64,000 nt of DNA from a virus (taxonomy: Duplodnaviria > Caudoviricetes). The stretch spans positions 1 to 64,000 of the IMG/VR virus record IMGVR_UViG_3300043748_000050, one strand, 5' to 3'. The notes beneath the pieces are model-generated. The model was not told the DNA's origin and ran no database searches. It saw nothing but the letters and a program-made list of their open reading frames with translations. Shown here in pieces: positions 45,818 through 54,562 of the stretch. How positions within the stretch are numbered: position 1 is the first letter of the stretch; every line of letters begins with the position of its first letter. Position numbers and translations under genes: made by a program.

Positions 45818-46084
45818 TCAGCCTTGCGTCTTCAGCTGCGCCCCGATGGCGGCCAGGTCCTCGTCGGGCACCGTTCCGTCGCGCCAGGCAACCTCCCCGT
45901 CGACCGCCCCGCGAACAGGGTCTTCGGGAGCAACTGCGATCCAGACGTCCGGGTTGGCGGGCCCCCACCCGTGTTCGGCGGCCCACCTCTGGATGTCGTC
46001 CGGGATCGCGACACCCAGCGGGCCGGGGTCGGCGACGAGGGACGTACGGGCCTCACCGCGCATGACAGACCAGGTGACGTTCAC
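45818..46084 (-). CDS. Hypothetical protein
   Basis: AAGGAAGG RBS; operator variant at 46104. Confidence 0.6.
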   Translation of the reverse strand: MNVTWSVMRGEARTSLVADPGPLGVAIPDDIQRWAAEHGWGPANPDVWIAVAPEDPVRGAVDGEVAWRDGTVPDEDLAAIGAQLKTQG

Positions 46085-46196
46085 GATCGCCCTTCCTTTC
46101 CGTTGATTTGATTAAATCACCCTACACCCAGTCCCGGGTAGGGAAAAGCCCCTGCGGAAGACCGTAGGGGCTCATCGTGTCGTGTCTGCACGCCGC

Positions 46197-46505
46197 TCAG
46201 GCGTCCCCGGTGCACGGGTGTCCCGGGCTGAACGGGTCAGGGTGGTCGTCCGCGACACCGTGGGGCCGGAAGGGGTCGACGGTACCGGGGATGTTCGTGG
46301 CCATCTCGCTGTACCAGAAGTCGATGATCTCTATCTCGGCGAGCGGGACCCCTTCGGCCCGTGCGACGTCGTGTGCGGCCGCCGCGCGCAACTTCACCTC
46401 GTCACACCGCTCGTCACAGTTCGCGTCCCCGTGGATGTCCCGCACCCTGCCCCGGTACTCCACGGTGCCGCCGTAGACGTATCCGTACCTCCGACGCCCC
46501 GTCAC
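46197..46505 (-). CDS. Hypothetical protein
   Basis: GTGA coupling. Confidence 0.5.
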   Translation of the reverse strand: MTGRRRYGYVYGGTVEYRGRVRDIHGDANCDERCDEVKLRAAAAHDVARAEGVPLAEIEIIDFWYSEMATNIPGTVDPFRPHGVADDHPDPFSPGHPCTGDA

Positions 46506-46828
46506 CGCAGGTACTCCGAGCTGGCGCTGATGGTCCACACACGCTCACCGGAACGGCTCGCGCAGCGCAGGACGCCGACCCCCTCCAGGACGATCAGGTG
46601 ATCCCCGACCCAAGGCAGCGGCCGGCCGGCGCGCTTCGCGGTCTCCTCGAAGTCGGCCAGGGCGAACGTCCGCACGCCCCGGTCGTTCAGTTGGGCGATA
46701 CGCTCCCGGACGCAGGCGGCCAGGGACGGCCGAGGACCAGATAGGTGCTGTCGTACGGTCAGTTCCCCCGGCTCGGTGGCCGGAGGGAGTCCGGTCGTGG
46801 CGGTGGTGGGCGTCACGACTTCCTCCAT
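46502..46828 (-). CDS. Winged-helix protein similar to the TraB C-terminus
   Basis: TFALADF......GRPLPWV..HL..L...GVLR. Confidence 0.55.
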   Translation of the reverse strand: MEEVVTPTTATTGLPPATEPGELTVRQHLSGPRPSLAACVRERIAQLNDRGVRTFALADFEETAKRAGRPLPWVGDHLIVLEGVGVLRCASRSGERVWTISASSEYLR

Positions 46829-46834
46829 CCGTGT

Positions 46835-47515
46835 TCAGGTTGTCATTGGACTAATCAAGCCCTTGCCGCCAGTGTTCCCCGCGTGCACGTTCCACGTCCA
46901 TGTTTTCGCGTCAAGGTGCTCGAACCGGGCGCCGGCGTCGAGCAGGCGGACCAGATAGTCCTCGTCCTCCCCACGGTAGCGCCGACCGATACCCTCCGTG
47001 GTCACGTCCCGGCCAGGGCGGAAACCGCCGATCCGGCGGACCATCTCGGTTCTGACCAGGTGCGTCATCGGGATGAAGCTTCCGAACTTGCGCAAGTGGG
47101 CTTCCTGTTCAGGGCCGAAACGCACACCCCACGGCAGCACCCACTGGCCCTGCACGGACACGGCCGTCGGATCCTGGCCCCCACGCACCACGGGTGTCGG
47201 GTAGACCAGGTCGGGCTTTTCGGGGGACTGCTCCATCACGCGCATGCACGCTTTGATATGTCCGCTCAGAAATTGGTCATCGTCGTCTAGCCAGGCCACG
47301 ACATCCGAAGTGACTCGTTCCAGTGCTCGGTTACGCGCCTGGTCGGCCCCGGTGCGCAGGCTGTCGCGTTCCACGACGACCTGGTCTGGTCGGCGGGTCT
47401 GCGCTCGCACGGACGCCAGAGCACGCTCCAGCATGGCCTCACGGCCCGGAATTGTAGGTATCACCACGGCGACAGTCAGGCCGCGTCGGTCGTGGTTTCG
47501 TTTGTGCTCACCCAT
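46835..47515 (-). CDS. Glycosyltransferase family 2
   Basis: VVIPTIPGR, ARNRAL, WLDDDD, EDED; paralog of 35045-35629. Confidence 0.85.
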   Translation of the reverse strand: MGEHKRNHDRRGLTVAVVIPTIPGREAMLERALASVRAQTRRPDQVVVERDSLRTGADQARNRALERVTSDVVAWLDDDDQFLSGHIKACMRVMEQSPEKPDLVYPTPVVRGGQDPTAVSVQGQWVLPWGVRFGPEQEAHLRKFGSFIPMTHLVRTEMVRRIGGFRPGRDVTTEGIGRRYRGEDEDYLVRLLDAGARFEHLDAKTWTWNVHAGNTGGKGLISPMTT

Positions 47516-48117
47516 TTATCGTCCTTGTGCGGGCAAACCCCGCCGTTGTGGTATCGGCCGTTGTTGCAGTTCCAGCACATGGCTTGGAGAAGATCCGGGA
47601 AACCGTTCTCCTCGGCCCAGGCATAGACGCGAGACGACGCTTTTCCGTGACCAAGCGCCCGTCGGTGTTCCGCTCCGTCCCCGTTCTTGTGGTCAAGGGT
47701 CAGCAAACCGAGGTTCCGTTCCCCGCAGCACACGCAAACGCCGCCGTATGCGAGCAGGACCCGGATCTTCCGGGCCCTGTGTTTGGTCGAGCAATACTTG
47801 CGGATCCTCTCCCGGTTCTCCTCGTAGTACTCCTTCCTCCTGGAGGCGTAACGCTCCACGTTGTCCTGTAGGTGCTTTTTGCCGTAGTCGCGCTGACACG
47901 GCTTGCAGATGTACGAACGTCCGTCAGGAGAGTTGTTCTGCTTGTGGAACTGGTCGACGGACTTCACCTCGCGGCATCGCACACACTCCTTGGGCTCCCC
48001 GAGTTTCGATGAGCACTCTTCGCATATTCTCTTGTGCCGGTTCCCCTCCCCGCGCGGAAAGGACGAACTTGGCTTCCGTAAGCGGCACCTGACGCACAGA
48101 ATCGTGTCTCTTGTCAC
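47476..48117 (-). CDS. HNH-like endonuclease with N-terminal Zn fingers
   Basis: CxxC repeats; YGG.C.CCGE.....LTLDH...G...LQAMCWNCN; lower GC. Confidence 0.75.
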   Translation of the reverse strand: MTRDTILCVRCRLRKPSSSFPRGEGNRHKRICEECSSKLGEPKECVRCREVKSVDQFHKQNNSPDGRSYICKPCQRDYGKKHLQDNVERYASRRKEYYEENRERIRKYCSTKHRARKIRVLLAYGGVCVCCGERNLGLLTLDHKNGDGAEHRRALGHGKASSRVYAWAEENGFPDLLQAMCWNCNNGRYHNGGVCPHKDDKWVSTNETTTDAA

Positions 48118-48433
48118 GTGATTTAACTACCCATTTTGAATGGGCAAATCACTTAATGAGAGGTGGCGTCTCTTTCAAATTCCGTCCAAGATTCGCGTAG
48201 GCTCATTTCGTACGACCCGTACCCTGCTTCCCGGAACCGCTTCAAGTGCTCTGCGAACGACACGTTGCGGTAGAGCCCTGCACGCCGGTCTCTGGACCAT
48301 GCTTTGATGCTCCAGCGCTGGTGCGACTGGAGCCATTCGGCAAAGGTCACACAGTGGCCACCGGAAACCACGGAGCCCCCACAGGCGTCCCGTGGGGGCT
48401 CGTCGTCCCGGGCGGCGTCTCCGGGCTGCTGCA

Positions 48434-48700
48434 TCATGACTCCCCGGTGGCGACCCATAGGGTGTCCTTGTCGGCGTCGGAGCCCTCCGGGGAGGTCTTC
48501 TCGGCCAAGCCCTGCCGGCGCAGCCGGTCGAGGGACAGGTAGGTCTTGGACTTGTTCAGGTTCATCGCCTCGGCGATGGCGTTGCGCTCCAGGCCGTCCG
48601 GGTGGTCCCGCAGGAGCTGAAGGATCGTCTCGTCCCGACGGATGGTCTCGGCGGGCCTCGGGCGTCCGCGCTGCGGGCGCTGCTCGGTCATGGTGGTCAT
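48434..48700 (-). CDS. Small HTH DNA-binding protein
   Basis: RGRPRP; RNAIAEAMNL....YLSL.RL...GL. Confidence 0.65.
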   Translation of the reverse strand: MTTMTEQRPQRGRPRPAETIRRDETILQLLRDHPDGLERNAIAEAMNLNKSKTYLSLDRLRRQGLAEKTSPEGSDADKDTLWVATGES

Positions 48701-48769
48701 GGTTCCTTCCTCGGGGTCAGACAGGGGCCGATGATTTACCTTAATCGATATGCCCGCCCCTGTCACCGC

Positions 48770-49048
48770 TCAACCCCCGGCGGAAGTCAGCAATCCCGAC
48801 TCACGCACCAGCTCGCAGGCCCTTTCCACGTCCATCGCCTCTCGCGCCGCGCCCCAGGTCGTCTGCCTCTTCGGCCGCCACAGCTCCACTTCCGTCGACG
48901 GCTCGGCCGGTACCCGTCGCAGCAGCTCCCGGTGCTCCGCCTCGAGCCGTCGGTGATCCCGCAGCAGCCGGCCGTACGCGTGCAGCAGCCGGAGGTAGTG
49001 GCTGCGCAGGTCCCGGGCTCGCATCTTCTCCGCGCCGTGCCTGCCCAT
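48770..49048 (-). CDS. Hypothetical protein
   Basis: AAGGGA RBS; coiled coil. Confidence 0.55.
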   Translation of the reverse strand: MGRHGAEKMRARDLRSHYLRLLHAYGRLLRDHRRLEAEHRELLRRVPAEPSTEVELWRPKRQTTWGAAREAMDVERACELVRESGLLTSAGG

Positions 49049-49119
49049 CGGTCCGTCCCTTCGCCGGTCCCCGCCCGGCCGGGGACGGTATCAGCGAGAG
49101 ACTGTCGTACCGAACGGCC

Positions 49120-49590
49120 TCACTTCACGGCGCGGTGCTGCCAGGCGTCTCGCATGCCGGGGTCGAACGAGGCCGCCTGGGACGCCGCGCGCGAGGCCGG
49201 CGCGGTGAGGAACGCGTCCGTGCCTCGGCGGGTGGTCAACTTCTCGAGCACCTCGTCCCCGGTGACCAGGCCCTCCCATTCGATCAGGTCTTTCTCCCCG
49301 GGGATGACGGACGCGCCGCGCTTGACCACCAGGTACGGCAACGGGCGGTCGTTGCCCTTCTCGCTGTCCACGGCGAAGATACGGATCTCGGTCCAGCGGC
49401 AGGTCGAGCAGTGCGTGCGCGGCGGGGCGAACTCGGTGCCCGGGTGATTCTGGTGCCGGGGCCGGAACGAACTGCCGAGGCCCAGCAGCTCGCCGGTGAT
49501 GGTGATAACGCCCCCGTGCTGGTCGTTGATCGTCCAGGTGCCTTCGCGGCCGACCTCGCCGAGTCCGGGCAGGGGTGTGGGGCTCGTCAT
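49120..49590 (-). CDS. Hypothetical protein
   Basis: GAGGAG RBS; CSTCRW. Confidence 0.6.
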   Translation of the reverse strand: MTSPTPLPGLGEVGREGTWTINDQHGGVITITGELLGLGSSFRPRHQNHPGTEFAPPRTHCSTCRWTEIRIFAVDSEKGNDRPLPYLVVKRGASVIPGEKDLIEWEGLVTGDEVLEKLTTRRGTDAFLTAPASRAASQAASFDPGMRDAWQHRAVK

Positions 49591-49749
49591 TGGTCTCAGT
49601 CTCCTCAGTCCGTGGTCCTGCTCCGAGCGTACCCATCGGATAAACCCCGACATAGTCGGGTCCAGGACGCGTCAAGGAGCGTGACCAGCCAGCCTAGCGG
49701 GTACGTGTGATTTAACGAAATGACCTGGTATGGGGTGGAGGACCAAGGA

Positions 49750-50319
49750 ATGCGGATCATGGGACTAGACCTGTCGATGACGGCCACCGGCGTGGCCTTC
49801 CCGGACGGCAGTACGGCTGTCATCAAGCCCAGCGGCGAGGGCGACGCCCGGCTGCTCAGCATCGAGGCGTGGACGGACAAGGCCATCGCCGTGGCCCGGC
49901 CACAGCTCGCCGTGATCGAGCAGTTCGGGGCGTTCCAGGGCTCCGCCGCTCGGACGGTCCCGATGGTGCACGCCGTGGTCCGGATGCGCCTCATGCACGC
50001 GGGGATCCCGTACGTGCTGTTCACCCCACAGACGCTGAAGACCTTCGCCACCGGGCGGCACACCGCTGACAAGGCCGCCATGATGCTGGCCGCCTTCAAA
50101 CGAATGGGCCGCGAGTTCACCGACGACAACGAATGCGACGCCGCGTGGCTGCGCGCGGCCGGCCACTACGCCTACGGCGAGCCGGTCGTGGACCTGCCGA
50201 AGTCACACACGGAGGCCCTGCACAAGGTGATCTGGCCGCGCATAGCCGGCGCCGGCGAGCCGATCACCCACGTGGCGGCAAAGAAGCCGACCCGCCGACG
50301 GCGAGCCGTGGCGGCCTGA
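49750..50319 (+). CDS. RuvC-like Holliday junction resolvase
   Basis: IMGLDLS..ATG, VIE, P.TLK.FATG...ADK..M, DDNECDA. Confidence 0.8.
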   Translation: MRIMGLDLSMTATGVAFPDGSTAVIKPSGEGDARLLSIEAWTDKAIAVARPQLAVIEQFGAFQGSAARTVPMVHAVVRMRLMHAGIPYVLFTPQTLKTFATGRHTADKAAMMLAAFKRMGREFTDDNECDAAWLRAAGHYAYGEPVVDLPKSHTEALHKVIWPRIAGAGEPITHVAAKKPTRRRRAVAA

Positions 50320-50336
50320 CATGATGCCGGGCACGG

Positions 50337-50371
50337 GAAGACCCCCGGGAGCGCCCTTCCCGGGGGTCTTC
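50337..50371. terminator. Probable bidirectional terminator
   Basis: GAAGACCCCCGGGA...TCCCGGGGGTCTTC. Confidence 0.7.
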
Positions 50372-50397
50372 TCTGGGGCATTGTGCCCCGGATTCGA

Positions 50398-50979
50398 TCA
50401 GCCGCCGAACGGGTCCGGGACGTCCTCCGTGGCGTTCGCGAGGAAGTCGCCGGCCGCCTTGCTGTTCTGGTCGGCCTTCGTGTACTGCGCGGTGTAGCTG
50501 TAGCTGGGGTACTTCGCGCCCTCCCGCTTGACGCTCGGCCCCCGGGTGACCTTCAGGTACCCGCCGATCTCGGGCGCCTGGACGCCGGCCTCCCGCAGCG
50601 CCTTGCCGATGGCCGCCTGCATGCCGCCCTTGACGTACAGGGCGCGCACACCGTCGTCCTCCGGGAGCGCCTTTTCGATGTACTGGTTGGTCTCCCAGGT
50701 CTTGCCGGTCGGCTCGCCCTGGATCTCGATGACGAGCTGGTTGCACGGCTTGGCCGTGGCGGGGAACTTCAGCTCGGACTGCTTGACCTGCTTCTTCCCC
50801 TCGAAGAACAGCAGCTCGCCGGTGTCCATGTCGGTCTGCTGGTCCATCCGGTACGAGAGGATGGAGCCCTCCACGGTGAAGCCGACGGTCGGGAACTTCG
50901 CCGCGACGGTGCCTCCGCCGCCGAAGAACTGGGCCGCTGCTGCGGCTTCGGCGCTGAAGGGGTCGGTGGTGACAGTCAT
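50398..50979 (-). CDS. Probable phage ssDNA-binding protein
   Basis: OB-like; DDGVRALYVKG; acidic DPF tail; next to the exonuclease. Confidence 0.6.
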   Translation of the reverse strand: MTVTTDPFSAEAAAAAQFFGGGGTVAAKFPTVGFTVEGSILSYRMDQQTDMDTGELLFFEGKKQVKQSELKFPATAKPCNQLVIEIQGEPTGKTWETNQYIEKALPEDDGVRALYVKGGMQAAIGKALREAGVQAPEIGGYLKVTRGPSVKREGAKYPSYSYTAQYTKADQNSKAAGDFLANATEDVPDPFGG

Positions 50980-51053
50980 TCCTGTGTCCTGTCTCTTGTG
51001 CCCTGTGAACCTCTCGCCGGTGGCGATGAGGGGGAGCCGGTGGAGCGTGGCTC

Positions 51054-51151
51054 CGGTGCGCGGCCGGGATTCGAACCCGGGATCTTCCTGGACTTACCGG
51101 CACGGGGATGACCGGGGTCCTGGGTGCTCTGGCCTGTTGAGCTACCGCGCG
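51054..51151 (-). ncRNA. Second tRNA-like RNA with expanded anticodon arm
   Basis: CGCGCGG/CCGCGCA acceptor (C1:A72), UA, D arm GCUC/GAGC, T arm CCGGG-UUCGAAU-CCCGG; extended arm GGAC..CCGG(UCAUCCCCGUG)CCGG..GUCC; ends ACCG, not ACCA. Confidence 0.75.
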
Positions 51152-51411
51152 ACCAGCGTTTTACGGCCGCCGCCCGACCATCCACCGACTGCCGGTCTAG
51201 GCGCTTCGCCAAGGGCTACTTGCCATCACGGTGTGCGGTTTAGGTCGATTGCCCCGGAACCGTTGAGGGTCGGTCCCGGGAGTCTTGAGCCTCTGTGGAG
51301 GTGTGCTCCGGGCGAGTTGTGACGTTACGTCACATGAGCGAATCTCGCCCGGAGTTACTGCGTTCCGTCTGCTTTTATGATACCCGGTGTGGCGGTTTAA
51401 TTAAACCCAGA

Positions 51412-54213
51412 TCAGCCGGCCGGTTCGGTCAGTTCCGCGAGCCGGTTCTGCATGATCCGGACCAGCTCGGCCACCTCGTCCTTGGGCATGCCGGCGTCCG
51501 TCGCCTCCTTCCAGACGGCCGACGCCTCACCCTTGGACGTGATCCGGTTCGCCCGCTCCTTCAGCGTCGGCGGCCGGACCGTGGTCCGCGAGGTCACCGC
51601 CGGCTCGGAGGGCTGCGCCCGCCGGGGCTCGAACGTGTCCGCTGCCTGAGCCACCATCACCGGGGCGGCGAGCTTGCGGACGCTGCGCCAAGTCCGCACC
51701 CGCTCGCACAGCACGGCCGCGTTCCAGCCGGACTCCAGGTCCAGGCCGTAGACGGTCGGCGTCTTCTCGGATTCCTTGTCCACCGGAAGGTGGATGATGA
51801 CCCCGGCGTCCGTGCGGACCTTGGCGCCGTTCAGCGGGTCCGGGTGCCACTTCTCCTCGTGGCGGTCCCACACGCCGGACGTGTTGATGCCCTGCGCGTA
51901 CGTGCTGAGCTGGATCGCGTGCTCCTGCCAGCCGTAGTCCAGGTCCCGGCCGGTCTTCTTGTCGCCGATCACGTACTCGCCGGGCTGGAACTGGACCGCT
52001 CCCCGGCCGATGGTCAGCGTGAGCGGCTTGGTCGTCCGGTAGCAGTTGTCACTCGTGCCCGCGACGCCGTACTGCTTGACCACCGTCGTGAACTCGATGA
52101 GGTTCGACACGGGCTCCAGGCCGGTCTCCTCCAGCAGCCGGATGTACGTCTCCACCATCTCGCGGCAGTCCGACGGCACCTGGTTCATCACCGAGCGGGG
52201 ACCGCCGGGGGAGTGCCAGGCCCGGTCCACCATCTCCGTGAAGGAGTGCATCGCAGTGCCGTCGTTGGCGGCGACCTTGGCGCCGGCGGCGTCCTTCAGC
52301 TCCGCCGTCAGCTCGTCCAGCAGTTTCTTGTCCGCCCGGACGTGCTTGCCGTGCGCCCGCCGGACGATGTCCGGGCGCTGCGTCGCCCCGAGCAGGCACA
52401 TCCTCAGCCCCCACTGACCCAGGGCGTAGGTGTCGCTGATGGACTTGGCGAACGTCGTCGCCCGGGTCCACGACTGCTCCTTGCCTGTGTCCGGGTGCGG
52501 GATCAGGTACCGACCGAACCGGTCGCGCTTGGTCTCCTTCTCCCCGTGGGAGCCGCCCGCGCCGGCGAGGAACTGCGCGGCCGCGTCCGCCTGGTCAGTC
52601 GTGGAGCTTTCAGCCACCGCAGCACTCCTGACCTTCGTACCCGCCTTCGCCGTCGGCGCGGATGATGTCACCGACTGCGATTTCGGCGAAACAGCCGGAG
52701 CACTCGCCTTCGTAGGCGGCCTCGAACCAGGGGCCGGGGCCGTCGTCGGCGAGGTCGGAGAAGAAATCCTCGACTCGGTCACGCATTCCTTGATCTCCTG
52801 TTCCTTGGTCGGGTCGCAGTACTCGCAACGGTCCTGAACGCGGCCGTTCTCCTCGTCCACGTCCTCGTAGTAGCTGTGGCGGCAGTACGTGCGCTCGACT
52901 GTCTCGCCGAGGTTCATCAGCTCGCCGGTCCGGCCCTTGTGCGGGCCCTCCACGACGATCGCCTTCACCACGCCGTTGACCTCGCCGGTGACGCGCATGA
53001 GCACGCCGTGCCGGAAAAAGTGCTCATCCGACTCCAGGTGGCCGAGCAGCACGCGGGCGTCCGGCTTGCACTCGTGGCCTCCGTTGTCGCAGCTGAGAGT
53101 CCCGGCGTTCTGAGCCGGCTCGCAGCACCACAACACGGACTTGGCCTTGCCGTACAGGTCGAACGCTTCCACCAGCGGCGTCACCGGGTGGCCGCACGCG
53201 GCGCAGTTGAGCCGCAGCGCGTCCAGGCCCCTGACGTCCTCGGGCATCTTCTCCATGAGGTCCAGCGGGGTGCGCCAGCCGTCATCCTCGGGGCAGCCGC
53301 AGCCGGCCCGGTGCGTCTCACGGGCGCAGTCGGCGCACGCTACGGTGCCGTGCTTGACGTCCTCGCCGCAGCCGGGGCAGCGGTGGGTGTTGGTGTTGCA
53401 CTGCTCGCAGTTCGGGTCGAACCCTTCGGGCAGCGACCGCCGGTAGCGGGCTTCGGAGCACTCGGGTGTCCGGCACTTGTCCTCCAGGCCGGGGTGCACC
53501 CACTGCACACCCGTGGAGTCGGTGTACGCGTGCTCCACAGTGGTCGCCGGCTGCTCCGGGATCGCGGCGGCCATGAACCGCTCCGCCTCCGCGCGCATGT
53601 CTCCGGGCATCACGTCCAGCACGGTTCCGGTGCTGCGCACCTCTTTGGTCAGCAGATCGGTGAGCGGCGTCGCCTTGAGCTGGTCGGCCATCGTTTGCCG
53701 TGCTTCGGCCGCTCCGCCCCACGTGACGCCTTCGCAGGGCGTCGTCCTCACGGTCAGGTCTCCTGCCTCCAACGGCTCGCTCAGGGCGGCCTGGCAGGCG
53801 TGGCAGGCCCCGACCTCGCAATGGTCACAGTCGAACTCGAGCGTGGCCACCCGGCCGTCGGTGGTGCCGACGATCTCTGGGTACGTGCCGAGCGGGAAGT
53901 CCGAGCCGGCGGGGCACGGTCGGGGCGTGGCCTCGGGGGTGAGGTGGCTGCGGGCCCGGCCGTTGTCGGTGAGTTGCACCGGGTGCCTGCACAGGCGGCA
54001 CTGTGGGCCGTCAGCCTCCATGTCTTCAGCGAGGGCCAGGGGCGCCGCTCCGGCCGGGGGCTCGCCGGCCCCCTTGCACTTGCGGCTGTCCGGGCCGGCC
54101 TGGAGGTCGGGGTTCTCGGTCAGGTGGTGGCGGATCGTTCCGTTCGCCGTCACGGTGTACTCGTTGCCGCACGTCCCGCACGGCTCGCGTCGGACAGTCC
54201 TGTCCTCAGTCAT
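51412..54213 (-). CDS. PD-(D/E)xK exonuclease (C-terminal part, probable own start at 52617) in frame with a Cys-rich multi-Zn-finger N-terminus
   Basis: RDRFGRY, TRATTFAK, GTAMH, IE, AGTSD, IGDKKTG, IQL.TY. Confidence 0.75.
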   Translation of the reverse strand: MTEDRTVRREPCGTCGNEYTVTANGTIRHHLTENPDLQAGPDSRKCKGAGEPPAGAAPLALAEDMEADGPQCRLCRHPVQLTDNGRARSHLTPEATPRPCPAGSDFPLGTYPEIVGTTDGRVATLEFDCDHCEVGACHACQAALSEPLEAGDLTVRTTPCEGVTWGGAAEARQTMADQLKATPLTDLLTKEVRSTGTVLDVMPGDMRAEAERFMAAAIPEQPATTVEHAYTDSTGVQWVHPGLEDKCRTPECSEARYRRSLPEGFDPNCEQCNTNTHRCPGCGEDVKHGTVACADCARETHRAGCGCPEDDGWRTPLDLMEKMPEDVRGLDALRLNCAACGHPVTPLVEAFDLYGKAKSVLWCCEPAQNAGTLSCDNGGHECKPDARVLLGHLESDEHFFRHGVLMRVTGEVNGVVKAIVVEGPHKGRTGELMNLGETVERTYCRHSYYEDVDEENGRVQDRCEYCDPTKEQEIKECVTESRISSPTSPTTAPAPGSRPPTKASAPAVSPKSQSVTSSAPTAKAGTKVRSAAVAESSTTDQADAAAQFLAGAGGSHGEKETKRDRFGRYLIPHPDTGKEQSWTRATTFAKSISDTYALGQWGLRMCLLGATQRPDIVRRAHGKHVRADKKLLDELTAELKDAAGAKVAANDGTAMHSFTEMVDRAWHSPGGPRSVMNQVPSDCREMVETYIRLLEETGLEPVSNLIEFTTVVKQYGVAGTSDNCYRTTKPLTLTIGRGAVQFQPGEYVIGDKKTGRDLDYGWQEHAIQLSTYAQGINTSGVWDRHEEKWHPDPLNGAKVRTDAGVIIHLPVDKESEKTPTVYGLDLESGWNAAVLCERVRTWRSVRKLAAPVMVAQAADTFEPRRAQPSEPAVTSRTTVRPPTLKERANRITSKGEASAVWKEATDAGMPKDEVAELVRIMQNRLAELTEPAG
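52610..52786 (-). CDS. Nested 58-aa Zn-binding protein in an alternative frame
   Basis: Leader motif at 52801 plus AGGAG; A.YEG.C..C...I..GD.I...C. Confidence 0.55.
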   Translation of the reverse strand: MRDRVEDFFSDLADDGPGPWFEAAYEGECSGCFAEIAVGDIIRADGEGGYEGQECCGG

Positions 54214-54285
54214 GGGCGTACTTTCCTCGTTCCTTGGTCAATGGCCTAACGGCCAGGTGGGGAGGGGTGTTGGCCCCTCCCGGGG

Positions 54286-54504
54286 CTACGCGTGCGTCAT
54301 CACGTGTGGCCGGTACAGGTCGCTGCACACGACGCACCGTTGCTTGCGTCGGTCCGCCGGAACCTTGCCCACGGCGATGACGTGGCCGCACAGGGCCTTC
54401 GCGCCAGGACGGACGGGGCCTTGGCATTCCGTGCAGACAAGGTGCGTCACCAGGACGCCGCCGGACTGACTCGCCGGAACCGCCCGGCGGAGGGTCTCGT
54501 CCAT
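54286..54504 (-). CDS. Small Zn-finger protein
   Basis: HLVC..C...ALCG...CVVC; operator/promoter at 54527-54566. Confidence 0.6.
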   Translation of the reverse strand: MDETLRRAVPASQSGGVLVTHLVCTECQGPVRPGAKALCGHVIAVGKVPADRRKQRCVVCSDLYRPHVMTHA

Positions 54505-54562
54505 TCCGTGGTCTCCGTTCCTCAGTCGGTTTAGTTAAATCATACCCCTGCGAGCGTGACCG

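Noticed and set aside
51412-52617. Cas4 / CRISPR adaptation gene
   Set aside because: No four-Cys Fe-S pattern in the nuclease domain; context (SSB-like, helicase, RuvC-like) indicates a recombination exonuclease.
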